This document shows, in pieces, positions 21,410-35,295 of a stretch of 64,000 nt of DNA. How positions within the stretch are numbered: position 1 is the stretch's first letter; every line of letters starts with the position of its first letter. This DNA is from Octopus sinensis (taxonomy: Eukaryota). Under the pieces are notes generated by a model. It was given only the letters and a program-made list of their open reading frames with translations. It did not search any database and was not told the DNA's origin. The DNA lies in contig NW_021824848.1 in NCBI RefSeq assembly GCF_006345805.1, positions 1 to 64,000 of the forward strand. The letters run 5' to 3'. A program made the position numbers and the translations under genes.

Positions 21410-21630
21410 GTAGATGTGTGTATATGTTTGTGTGTCTGTGTTTGTCCCCCACCATCGCTTGACAACCGATGCTGGTGTGTTTACGTCCCCGTAACTTAGC
21501 GGTTCGGCAATAGAGACCGATAGAATAAGTACTGGGCTTACAAAGAATAAGTCCCGGGGTCGATATGCTCGACTAAAGGCGGTGCTCCAGCATGGCCGCA
21601 GTCAAATGACTGGAACAAGTAAAAGAGTAA
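21181..21630 (+). mobile_element. SINE family 2
   Basis: Full-length copy. Confidence 0.87.
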
Positions 21631-22286
21631 AATCAGGAAAAAATCGGGGGAAAAATAAGTTGTGCACAGATACATACACATATTTAACTATGTACTCACA
21701 TGCAAATAAACACAAATATTTGTACTTTATTATGGGTATGTTATAATCACCTCTCACTGGAAAGTTTATAACTCTATTTAAGAATATTAACATCTTATAA
21801 AGGATAAGAGGTTAATAGGTAAATGTATCAAAATAAGAAAACAAAATAACAGATTATAGAGAATAGTAAGAAAATATATATATAACATACATTTTAAAGA
21901 GACAGCGTATTAAAATTTGAAGTAGGGAAGAGATAAAGATAAGTCCGCAGATAAAGCAATAGGTATACTAGTAGTGAGGGCAGTAGGAGGTATTCAGACC
22001 GAAGGAGTATTTAATAAGTTATAAAGTTACTTTTGTTCTTTGCTATTACATACATGATTTTATAGTTTCATTAGGAGGCTTACTTACCTAAAAGCCATTA
22101 CAAAATATATATGACATAAGAGGGATCAGCCATCTGAATGTGGCTAGGGTCAGGGCGGGGTGGTGGGGGTGTTACTGATGCATTTAGCCCCAGGCGAACA
22201 TCGACGTCACCAGAAGAGCTGACACCATCTCGGTGTCCTTGCCAGCCAGCAAAGGGAGATCAGCCTCCCCGAAGATACGGATACTA

Positions 22287-22329
22287 CACACGGACCGGTT
22301 TCGAGGTTATTGCCTCTTGTCAACGTATG
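22287..22329 (-). ncRNA. Minimal type I hammerhead ribozyme motif, U3-A8 core variant
   Basis: CATACG-TTGACAA-GAGG caataa CCTC-GAAAC-CG-GTC/CGTGTG: 6-bp stem I, 4-bp stem II, palindromic stem III (ACCGGT), GUC cleavage triplet. Confidence 0.7.
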
Positions 22330-23242
22330 GTAAGCGCCGCTCTTCGTTGAGGGACTTCCTCCGCAGGCTGGATATATAAAGATTTTCACAGTAACCACAG
22401 TCACTGGCGTAGAAAATCTGTTCGAAAACTATAATAAATCTCTGGGCGAGATATAAACAGTAACTGCTCTATAACATAAGAGGGATCAGCCATCTGAATG
22501 TGGCTAGGGTCAGGGCGGGGTGGTGTCAGTAACACACCCACCACCCCGCCCTGACCCTAGCCACATTCAGATGGCTGATCCCTCTTATGTTATAGAGCAG
22601 TTACTGTTTATATCTCGCCCAGAGATTTATTATTGTTTTCAAAATATATATGATTAGTAGGGTAGAACATCATAGAAAGGAATAGTTTAATCACCATGAT
22701 GAAGTCAGACTAACTGGGCAGGATTATTCATAGTAACTACTATACCATATGAGATATACATTATATATCTCAATATCCCATGATTTTATTATTTATAATA
22801 CTAGGAGTTAAGTTCACATCAGATATGACACTAAACATTAATTTCCCAAGTATAGCACCTTAAAAACGCTAATTTCGAAAATATTTGAATGTACTCTATG
22901 TACGCATAATACCGTTAGGCCTAATCTGTTATTATTTACAAACTATGACCCCTTCCCCAAAACTTCATACAGTTCTTACAAGTGTAGTATATTCTTAGCT
23001 ACATTAGTGTCAACATGGGCTCTTTCCCTATTCTTGCTCTATTAGTGCAATTGAGTAAAATTATATTAATGTGTCCAACGGATAAAAAAAATTCTATTTA
23101 TTTATGCAACTGGGGATAGCCCTGCATTTAAATTTGTGCGATGATTGTATTGTTCAATTAAATTGAGCCGCATGAAACTGTAGTACAGTTTGATATCCTG
23201 TTGCTTATTTTGATTATATATGTGTGCGTGTGTGTGTGTATT

Positions 23243-23354
<112 letters not shown>

Positions 23355-23356
23355 TA

Positions 23357-23398
<42 letters not shown>

Positions 23399-23812
23399 TT
23401 ACATACATACAAATATATATATTATATATATATACACACGCGCGCACTCACGTATGTGTGCATGTGTGTATGTATGTATACGTTCATTATATGTGTTTAG
23501 GAACGATTGGGGAAACAATAAATCTTAATAACAATAGAATTTTTCATTCTTCAATTTTCTTTATTTCGCTTTTTACAGTTGTCTGTTACAATTAATGGCA
23601 AAAATATCTTTAAACTTAATATATTTATCAACGAACCCAATATCTATTTTTGTCTTCCGATTAATAAGTTGGTTTTTTTTTTTTTGTCAATCTAAAAATA
23701 GTTCTCTTGTTGGTTTTATACAACTGAATATGAAGCTCTCAAATCTTCAAGGTAGCCATTGAATTGATATTTGCGTTATTGACATGGAAATTGGTCCGCC
23801 ACGTCGACCGTT

Positions 23813-23985
23813 CTAATATTGTTTACTTGTACAGCCAATTTGATTGTTGAAATTATAATGATCAGTATGATAATCAGCCTTAAAACACAACAGGACACTT
23901 TTCATGGAGAAAGATTCGAGTTTCATCTCAAACTCGAGTTTTACATGCGAAACAGCCATATGAAGCTTGCAGTCATTATTGCGAT
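23813..23985 (-). CDS. Paralog B exon 4 (terminal)
   Basis: ttcacag|, [11 protein letters not shown] motif, TAG at 23815-23813 (14 codons earlier than in A/C). Confidence 0.85.
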
Positions 23986-24155
23986 CTGTGAATTAAATAA
24001 AGTAATTATACACATCAAAGTGAACTAGAGTGTATAAATTCACACAAGCTAACACACACACACACACAAACACACGCGCATATGATTTGAATAATACATG
24101 TAACTCCAAATAAATGTGTTGAGTGCACTTTCTTTTGTTTGTCCACTCACTCGTG

Positions 24156-24223
<68 letters not shown>

Positions 24224-25061
24224 TATATAAGGAGAATTCATTAAAAAAATGAACACAGGTGGTGTAGACAACAAACAGATGTATTAGTATAACGTTCGGG
24301 AAGTGAAACAGTCTTTAACGTTTCCAGCCTACGCTCGTCCACAGAAAGAAACAAGGAGAGAAAATAAAGAATGTGTAGTGGCTAGCGATCTATCATAGGC
24401 CCGGATTTATGTATGGGCCCATAAAGCTGGCATCTAGAATACGCCTGGCATATGCAATGTGCCTGGCATCTGGAATGTTGTCAGACACACACCGTGCCGT
24501 AACTGTCTGCCACTCGAGGTTCTACCTTAATTATCTAGAGGTGAATAAGTGCGACAAAGTTACAGGAGAAACTCTAGATGTCAATGAGGAGGAACTAGCT
24601 GGTCTGTTACGTGATATTCTCGGCGTGATCACTAACATAGCTTCTAGAAATCCATGGCCTGCTATAGCCACATAGCAATACTACTGGTACAAGATAATCT
24701 GTACAGGAACCGATGCGCTGCTTGTTGGGACTGCTCGAGATGTACGCAGAGCGACATGACCGTACTGCATGTACTTCTACAGATTTCGAGTACTGCTTAC
24801 GCGTGGAGTTATATCAAACAGGTCCTGTTGCATGCGATATGAAACCAACTATTTTCCGAATCCATCGTGAGGGACCACTTCACGTTTTTCCTTCAACGAG
24901 GCGGGGCAAGCGGTGTTCCTCCGTTTAGTTCTATAGTGAAAGAGGATGTAAAGTAGACGAGACTGAAAAGACTGATACAAACACTTTATTCTTCGGTGAA
25001 GCTTCCATCGATTTTTAAAGTTCAACTTCGAAAGAAAAATGAGGATGGTGAAGGAAGTGTC

Positions 25062-25152
<91 letters not shown>

Positions 25153-26022
25153 CCTCGCTCTCTCTCCCTCTCTCTCTCCAACGACTTGTCAAAAGGCGAG
25201 GAACTGACGCAAATATGGTTTGGATGAATGGACCTAGTAACAGTATGCATCTATAGATTGAAGAACACTCGTAGGTGAATGTGTGCGCCCTTTGTAAGGA
25301 CTATAATCCTAGATCTGTGGGATTCCTTGATGAACCCTAGTCGGAGGACCTCCAGTATCAGGAGGAATACATCTTCTGATGTGTTCACATATGCTGTATA
25401 CTTTATCTTTTATTTCATTCCATCCTTCTCTAGCTTTCTTCTCTTCAACTTTTTAGGTAAACTCCTACACAAATTATATGATGTCCTTGTAATGTCCCCC
25501 TCATCTGGTGTCCCTGTGGCAATTAAAAGAAATAACCTTCATGCTTATTTTTGTGGTTATTGTTGATGCAACTTTCATTCCCTTCGGGAAATCAAGTACT
25601 GGTGTGAGTGAAGCTACCAAAATATTCCCTCAAATAAACCAACTGTATTGAAGATGTTGTTGTAGGTGTTGTCGTTGCTACGACTACTGCTGCTTCTGAA
25701 GCTGTTATATATTGTTGCAAAGTTCATTCGCGACAACCAAGATTCGGTTATCTTGCCTTCGTCAGACAGTCAGAAAAAAGCAAATAAGCCGAACTTTCGA
25801 AGCCAATGTCAAACATTTTCGTGTACAAATAAACAATTAATATATTGTGCTTTAATTAAGAGTTATATTTACACACACACACACACGTACACGCACACGC
25901 TCACACACAGATGTAAAAGCATTTATATATATGTGTGTGTGTATGCATTTATGTATATGTATTTGTACATACATGTGAATATTTACGTGTGTGTGCATAT
26001 GTGTGTATATATATATATATAT

Positions 26023-26075
<53 letters not shown>

Positions 26076-26128
26076 TACACAAACACAATCACAAGCGTGT
26101 GAGTGTGTTTGTGTATGTGCGCCCGTGT

Positions 26129-26192
<64 letters not shown>

Positions 26193-29040
26193 TCAAATAC
26201 CTGTCACAAGGCATTTGTTAATCCGTGTCTATACTCGAAGGTTCTCATTCCAAGTGCCACATTATTTGACCAAATGGAACCAAGTAGTCATAAGCAGAAC
26301 TTCTTAATACTTCGGCAATAATTGTTTCGTAGAAGCTGTTAAGTTCAATACTCTCCAAAGCCGACTGTTTTTTTTTTTTTTTACTTTTTGATTAAATATT
26401 ACTGGCAATAAATTACTTTTACTCCATAAACCTCTGACAAGTATAGACTTTCACCTATTTCACAAAACAATGCCAATGTCATTTGAACGATTGATACTTA
26501 CCATCTAAATGCCCATTTAACTTTACGCTTCCTGCATTAACTTCATACAATAGATATGGGTAGTAATCATGCATTTTCACACATACTGAAAAATATAAAC
26601 AAGACAGAAGCCCAAACTTTAGTATGGAAAACAAAGAACAAACTCCATTACATGAATAATGGATTTCTAATAAATGTACAAGAGCAGCAACTTAAGTGGG
26701 CAAACGGTTTGTTTTTCCATCGATCGTTGTACTTCACTGGTACTTTATTTTCGTTAATACCGAATTCAATATGCATTCATCCCAGAGCTTCTAAGTCATT
26801 ACGAGAAACTCCAGGCAAATTTCAACAATGGTGAAGAAAAGATTACGGAATCAGCAGGATGGCAGGATGACATGAAATTTCTATTTCATTTGACTAGAGC
26901 TGTTCGTTTCTTTGAAGAAACCGAGAAATTTCCTACTGTAAAGTTTCCAAAAATACCCAACTTAAGTAATGCAAGTTGGAATTCTCGATCAATACTAGCT
27001 CTTTTAGCATTTATTCTTCTACCAGAGAAAAGAGTTTTGCTACTCAATGTTTGTCGATTCATCTCTTACAGCTGAGCAGATTTTTGGTTTACTGACCAAC
27101 TATTCAATTCACATGATTATCAGAAGTTATGTGGTAACCTGCAAGTTCATAAAAAAAGCAAGAGTAGATGGCGTTGGGATATGGAGTGAGAACGTAAACG
27201 AATAGAACAAATACTACAAGTAATTTCTTCCGGTGCTCCAACGATTGCACCAGTCCACCATCCATTAAGGGATTATTCTGATTTTGTTGTTATGGTGGTG
27301 GTAAATTAAGAGAATCATTAGAGCGTCGGGAAAAAAATGCCCTGCAAAATTTCTTCCGATCCGAAGGCAAGAGAGCTGACAGAACTGTTATCACCCCAGG
27401 CGAAATACTTCGCGCTATGTCGTCCGTCTTCACGTTCTTAATTCAAATTCTGCCGAGGTCGACTTTGCCCTTTATCCTTTCGGGATGAGCACCGGGGTCG
27501 ACGTAACCGCTCTACCGGGCCTTGTGCCAAAATCTGAAAGCTGTATGTCTTTTGGCCCGAAGGCGGTAAACTGACAGAATCGTTAGCACACCGGACACAA
27601 TACTTAACAGCATTTAGTTCGTCTTCTTTGGGGATGGGGTTCAAACTCGGCTGAGGTTGACTTTCCCTTTCATCTTCTCAAAATCGATAGAATAAGTAAC
27701 AACTGAATAATGGGATCGGCGAATGGTCATTGCATTTTGATAGTAAACGTACTGATGACCAAGAATACCAAGTGCTAGTTTTAAAGAAGGAACAGGGAGA
27801 AGTTAAGCTAGAAGAATTCCAGTCACCAAATGGAAAAGCCGATACTGTTGTGAAAGGAATAACAGCTGTTTTAGATTAATACAATTAATGGAACTATCTA
27901 AAGGTGATTGTTGCTGATACAACGAGTGTGAACACTGGGAAAAGAAATGCCATGGTCCTTCAGTTTAAAACTGTTTGTTCAAAGGGATTTGAAATAATCG
28001 GACTTTATTAGCTGTCAGCATCATATCCTTGTTATAGTTCTTCGTGTTGTAATTGATATACTTTCATCCCAGAGCTTCTAATTACGAGAAACTCCTGGCT
28101 AATTTCAACAATGGTGAAGAAAAGATTACGGAATCAGCAGGATGGCAGGATGACATGAAATTTCTATTTCATTTGACTAGAGCTGTTCGTTTCTTTGAAG
28201 AAACCGAGAAATTTCCTACTGTAAAGTTTCCAAAAATACCCAAGTAATGCAAGTTGGAATTCTCGATCAATACTAGCTCTTTTAGCATTTATTCTTCTAC
28301 CAGAGAAAAGAGTTTTGCTTCTCAATATTTGTGATTCATCTCTTACAGCTGGGAAGATTTTTGGGTTTACTAACCAAATGTTCAATGCAAATGATTATCA
28401 GAAGTTATGTGGTGGTAGCTTGTAAGTTCATAAAAAGCATTGAACTCTGTAAAATATTTTTGAAGTCCAGAACCATCAAAACTGGAAATTCCCAGAACAA
28501 ATCAAAGTGCAGAACGGGCAATCAAATGCTTTCAAGACAGTTATGATGTTTGTAAACAGGAGAAACTTCAGCTTCGATTTATTTTATGTAACCAAACATT
28601 AATTCTTTGTTATTCTTAAAAATAAATCGAAGCTGAAGTTTCTCCTGTTTACAAACATCATAACTGTCTTGAAAGCATTTGATTGCCCGTTCTGCACTTT
28701 GATTTGTTCTGGGAATTTCCAGTTTTGAATTTCCATCTAGTGATTATAGTTTTAAAAACCCATAACTCTGAAACTACTTCAACTAGAAAGCTGAAATTAC
28801 AGACATATTATTTCTGCATTGCATTGAGTCAGCACAGCAAGTTTGGTAAGATCTAGGTGTTATGATCCCACACCACTAGAATTTTACATGATTTGGGTTA
28901 AAACTGGTGTTCGATTTCTTAAGTTTGGGGAGACGTGTTTTTCAAATAAAGCAAAATAAATGTTATTTTCCTTACTTTCATGAAATTATTTATCGAATTA
29001 TAGTATAGGGTTATTAGGTTGTGAAAAAATCATACACCTA

Positions 29041-29103
<63 letters not shown>

Positions 29104-32100
29104 TGTGTGTGTATGTATATGTCTATGTGTGTGTGTGCCTTTGTGTCTGTGTTTGTCCCACATCGCCGCTCAATGAGCGGTGTTGGTGTGCTTACCTCCC
29201 CGTAACTTAGCAGTTCAGCAACAGAGACCATTGACTAGGTTTGTTAGCAATATCTGTTTCAGCATATGTGATCACACCAGAAATCATTACAAACCAAATA
29301 CGAATAGGCTTGTATATTATTTGCAGAATGAACGACAAATGCCTCACTTTTACGAGCTTTGATCAAAAAGTATCAGGACTGGTTCTGTAACAACAAAACT
29401 ACAACACATATTAATTCGGTACTTAATTTCCTTCGCAGTTGTTCCCTTCTGAAGTCATACACTCTATCTTGAGTCGTTCGAAGAAGCATTTCAAGAACTC
29501 CTTCCTTGGGATCGAAAGCAGCTCCCTCGTCGCATTCTCTTTGATCTCTTCGTCGCCCTGGATTTCTTCAATACCTTGGATTTTTTCGATGCCTTGGATT
29601 TCTTTTTCCACTTCAAAGACTGAGCCTTGATTTCGGTGTCATGACTCGTTTTGAAAATGTTTTCGTCTTCCTAGACATAATCAAGGAGATCCTTCGCAGC
29701 TGAAACCTGATCTTCTTTTCAAGACGACCACACTCTACAGACTTTACTTCCAGGCACTGCTGTAAACAACAAAATTGAACAAGAGCGTTTTAACTAGTGT
29801 GTATGCGAGACAGAGTTGAAGGTGAATCTGTACAAAGCGGCTTCACACTGCATAATCTAGCTCCGTTACCATAGCAACAGTCCAAATATTTTTGATCAGA
29901 CCTAGTATTTTTAACATCGAAAATTATGCGTTGTAAATAAATATCAAATAATAATCAAACAAAAAGGCGGCGAACTGACAGAAACGTTAGCACACCGGGC
30001 GAACTGCTTTGCGGTATTTGGTCTGCCGTTATGTTCTGAGTTCAAATTCCGCCGAGGTCGATTTTGCCTTTCATCCTTTTGGGGTCGATTAAATAAGTAC
30101 CAGTTACGCACTGGGTCGATATAATCGACTTAATCCGTTTGTTTGTCCTTGTTTGTCATCTCTGTGTTTAGCCCCTTGTGGGTAGTAAAGAAAAAATAAT
30201 AATAATTAAACAAAAACAAAATACAAAATAAATTTACATACCTATGTTCAGAATTAAATGGAATTTAAAACAGCACTTTCCATTTCTACCCTCCCATTTA
30301 CAATTCATTCTTGGCGCAGCAACCTTCACGTCTATATTTGTATTTTCCAGAGCAAAGCCTGTATTGGAGGTCTGGGTGAGCTTTTCATCAACCTGGAGAT
30401 CTTCAAAAATTTCCTCTAGAACATTAACCACTTCATCAGCTATATCTAAAAATATTGTAAAATGCATTCATCAATATTTACTTTTTGACCAGAACATACA
30501 CAAATGCACTCAGAGACGCATATGCGTCCTAACACGACGGATATCCACCCAGTAGACCCCTTTTCCACCTCGAATATAAGTCGCCCCACACATATAGTAT
30601 ACCTATGCACACTCCATACCTGTACAAATACTCCGAATGATTTAACCAAAATAAAAACAAAACACACACAAACCAGCAAACAGATACCTGTACGATCTTT
30701 GGACAAGGTTAACCTCCTTTTCCCCAATATGTATATGCTATACATATAGTACCACTCTACAAGAACACCAGACCCAAAACCAGCGCACAGTTTTTATACA
30801 CACATTTCCAAAAAAATCTTGTCGTTTTGCAACATATCTAGAGGTGGTTTTCGTGCCGAAGGACATATCTTGCTTGGTTGTGAATATAAATTTCGTAAAA
30901 TAATTAAAACAAATGAACAAATGAAAAATATAAAACAGTATTTAGTCACAAGTTCTTTTTTATATTGGTTCTGTGAGCTAACTTATAAACTAACTCAGAG
31001 TATATGCAACATCATACTTCTATAATTGAGTACTGGAGTTTACCCTTGCAGAGACATTAGATCCTTATACTAGTGGGTTGGTGCATAATTATTGCGGCTT
31101 TTTTTCAATAAATTTTATTCAACAAGAACAATAACAACATGTAACAAAAACATCTTTAAATGACGTTCTCTCCGTCTGCAAAGCAGTAATTGAAGTAGAT
31201 GGTAAATATGCTCCGGAATAAACATTTAAACATGTTTTTGTTACATGTTGTTATTGTTATTGTTTTTGTTGAATAAAATTCGTTGAAAAAAATGCCGCAA
31301 TAATTATGCACCAACCCATACATGTTGCCTGTTGCGCATTAAAAGGAGAACGTTTATGTATATATGTTGGGAGATGGGTTGCATACCTATGTATATACAC
31401 ACACACACATACACACACACACATACACACACACGCATTTTAACATTATCTTTGTCATATGTTTACAATTTTATAATAATACGATATACAATATGGTTCC
31501 AAGTTCAGTCCCACTTCATGGCATCTTGGACAAGTGTTTTGTACTATAGCCTCGAGCCGACCAAAGCGCCTTGTGAGTAGAATTCCCCTAGACAGAAAGT
31601 GAAAGAAGCCGTCGTGACCTAATTATGTCGGAATAAAATGCACACACAAGCAATTTTTATGAATACTAACCTTGGTACAATTATACTGGCAGAATGATAT
31701 TCGGATAATATATGTAGTTCATTGAAAGCAATTGAGTATATAATCCTTTTTTGAGCTATTCAATGTACATTTTAGTAACTATACAGATCATAATATACTT
31801 TAGAAAACGCGAGGGGCAAGTTCCGAGATAGGTGAATTAAAATAAATAACAATTGAAGGACAGGTGTCAATTCATTACAGCCGTTTCTAACGAATATTTT
31901 TATTGATTAATGAGTATATCATATCACTATAAAAACCGTTTCCTTCAGATGAATATATAAATTTTACAATCAAGGACTTTTGAAATAATTTAAAATAATT
32001 TAAAATCCACGGCAACATACATACTTAATGGTCTTATTTCTTTTATTGCCCACAAGGGGCTAAACACAGAGGGGACAAACAAGGACAGACAAATGGATTA

Positions 32101-33641
32101 AGTCGATTACGTCGACCCCAGTGCGTAACTGCTACTTAATTTATCGATCCCGAAAGGATGAAAGGCAAAGTCACCCTTGGCAGAATGCATATTTAATGAT
32201 CTTGCCACTAGTTCAGTTGCAGAATGAGCTTACCAAAACAATGTACATTTACTCAGTGAAATGGGAGGACATTTCAGAAAATATAGGGGTTAGTTGGCTT
32301 GTTATCGAGAAGGAAGGCGTGACCTCCAGTGACCTAATTCTCAACAACAGAGGAAGAAATTGCTCCATTTGTCTAAAATACACTTCAAGAAGGGGTAAGA
32401 ATCAATGATCTGTGATCATATCAACCTACTTAATTATTAAGGTCCTTTGTGATGGAACCAAAACACCATACTTTACCACTACTAAAAGACAAGAAGGAAA
32501 TGGAACCGAAGAGAACGAAATAGAGTAAGATAAAGGAAAACGAGAAAGCCAATCGTAACAGTTTATTAATTACCATTATACTAAGAGAGAGAAAAAATTT
32601 AGAAGAATAGGAAAGCCAGTGCTCTAGTAGCGCAAGGGGTAGAGGGGCCTCTAAACCATGACTCTGGAAATTATTGAATGGGAATAAAGAAATCTCATAT
32701 AAAGTAGCAAAACTATATTATAACGATAACAAATATTATTGATAAAAATGGTAAGACAATAAAAGAATGAAATGTAAATCTATAAATGTAATATGTGACA
32801 ATTATTCGGTAGCCATGATAAAACTCGGAAGAGATGGCGGCGCAGATTTCCACCTCGGCATCAGAAAATCGGAGTTTTATCATGGCTACTAAATAATTGT
32901 CGCATATTACATTTACGGATAATAAATATTATATATTGATTATAAAGGTAAATAAAGGGTAAGTAAAAGGTTCTTAAAACCGTACAAAATATGTATGAAG
33001 ATAAAAAAAAACTATAAACATTTTTTTAATATATAATGAAATCTAAAAATAGGAAAAATATTAAGAATGTAAAACAAAACAAAAAAAGAAATCATATGCT
33101 GTAATTACAAGAAGGTAAAGTTGTAGTGTGAAAATAATATTAATAATAATAGCAATAGACAACAAACAATCTTTCATCCCCTTCGAATTTACTCTTAACA
33201 GTGGTTTGAACTTTGACCGTTCCTTTTATCATGTAAGGTGCCATGTTAGGGTCACCTGTTTTGTGTATAAATGTACACTAATTTTATATCAATGATATGT
33301 TGTCTGTTGACTATTTTATGCATTCTAGTCACTGGTAGAAAATGTTCTTAATATGATTTTCTTAATCCTCGTCAGCGAATCTTACCGCCTAACTTTGTCC
33401 GTCTTATAAGAAAAACCGTTTCTCTTTTACTTGTTTCAGTCATTTGACTGCAGTCATGCTGGAGCACCGCCTTTAGTCGAGCAAATCGAGCCCCAGGACT
33501 TATTCTTTGTAAGCCTAGTAATTATTCTATCAGTCTCTTTTGCCAAACTGCTAAGTTACGGGGATGTAAACACACCAGCATCGATTGTCAAGCGATGTTG
33601 GGCGGACAAACACAAGCACAGACATACGCACACAAGCACAG

Positions 33642-33676
<35 letters not shown>

Positions 33677-34445
33677 TATATACGACGGGCTTCTTTCAGT
33701 TTCCGTCTACCAAATCCACTCACAAGGATTCGGTCGGCCCGAGGCTATAGTATAAGACACTTGCCCAAGGTGACACGCAGTGGGATTGAACCCGGAACCA
33801 TGTGGTTCGTAAGCAAGCTACTTACCATACAGCCACTCCTTCGCCTGTGAAAACCTGTGAAAACCTGTGCTGATTTTCAAAGCGATGTACGTGTAAACAA
33901 CAAATTCAATGGGTGGCTTATTAAGCAATTTCAACTTTTGTGGTTTTTTGAGGTATTTTAGCTCTTGTTTCTAGCAATAGCTGCTGCCAGTCTAGCAATA
34001 GCTGCTGTCTCCGTCACTTTTGTGACCTCTAATAATTTTACCTTTAGGTCCAAATTGCTAATAAGCCACCCATTTAAATTGTTGTTGTTGTTGTTGTGTG
34101 TGTTTGTGTGTGCGTGTGTGCATGCGTATGTGTGTATGTGTCTATGTCTGTGTCACTGTGTATGTGTGCCTGTGCATTAATGTATCTCTGTATTTGCAAA
34201 CAGGTCTTCCTTTCATCGTAAACCAGTGATTACCGTACGTTGACAAGAGGCAAATTACCTCGAAATTGCAGTCCGTGCGTATCGCTTAGGTTTACGAGAG
34301 AGGGGTGACCTCCCTTTGCAAATACCATAAGGGCACAGAAAGTGTGCCTAAAGCCAGCTGGAGATGATGATCTCCTGGGGCTAAAAGCTACAGTAACACC
34401 CATCCTTAGTGATTAGCCATATTGAGATGGCTAGTATACTTTACG

Positions 34446-34485
<40 letters not shown>

Positions 34486-34806
34486 ATTTTTTCAAAAGGT
34501 TAAGATGAACAAAAAATTTTTTAAGAGAGAAGAATGGCCATAGTATATAGCGGACCGTTATATACAATAGCCATAACACATGCTTGATACCGTTCAGAAC
34601 TGAAAGTGGTTGCACATTTATTAAAGCCTACAGGCAAGTTGTAAGATTCCATCCTAAATGTTAATACCATTCTACTCTCTTAAAGATGTTTTTTCTCTTA
34701 ACCTTAGCTTTTCGAAAAAATGTTTCTCTAATTACTGTATCAAGTAATTTCCGAAATACATACGTACATACATATATTATACATATATATACACACACAC
34801 ACATAT

Positions 34807-34838
<32 letters not shown>

Positions 34839-34980
34839 ATATATATATATCATCATCATCATCAACGTTTAACGTCCGCTTTCCATGCTAGCATGGGTTG
34901 GACGGTTCAACTGGGGTCTGGGAAGCCCGAAGGCTGCACCAGACCAGTCAGATCTTGCAGTATATACATATATATATATA

Positions 34981-35048
<68 letters not shown>

Positions 35049-35052
35049 TGTC

Positions 35053-35125
<73 letters not shown>

Positions 35126-35208
35126 CAATGAGACAGACAGTTACACACACACGCGACACACACACACATAATATATAAAGAGAGAGAGAGGGGGGGATAG
35201 AGAGAGAG

Positions 35209-35295
<87 letters not shown>

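Larger units (their letters stand above)
20455..23115. mobile_element. 2.6-kb element bounded by ~130-bp diverged inverted repeats, carrying a nested SINE and a hammerhead-bearing pLTR-like insert
   Basis: 20455-20585 is the reverse complement of about 22980-23110 (cactaatgtagctaagaatatactacactt). Confidence 0.55.

Noticed and set aside
24409-24675. Conserved antisense peptide [14 protein letters not shown] in introns of B and C as a nested gene
   Set aside because: It continues into a frameshifted zf-RVT-like LINE C-terminus and is better explained as a shared L1/Tx1 fossil.
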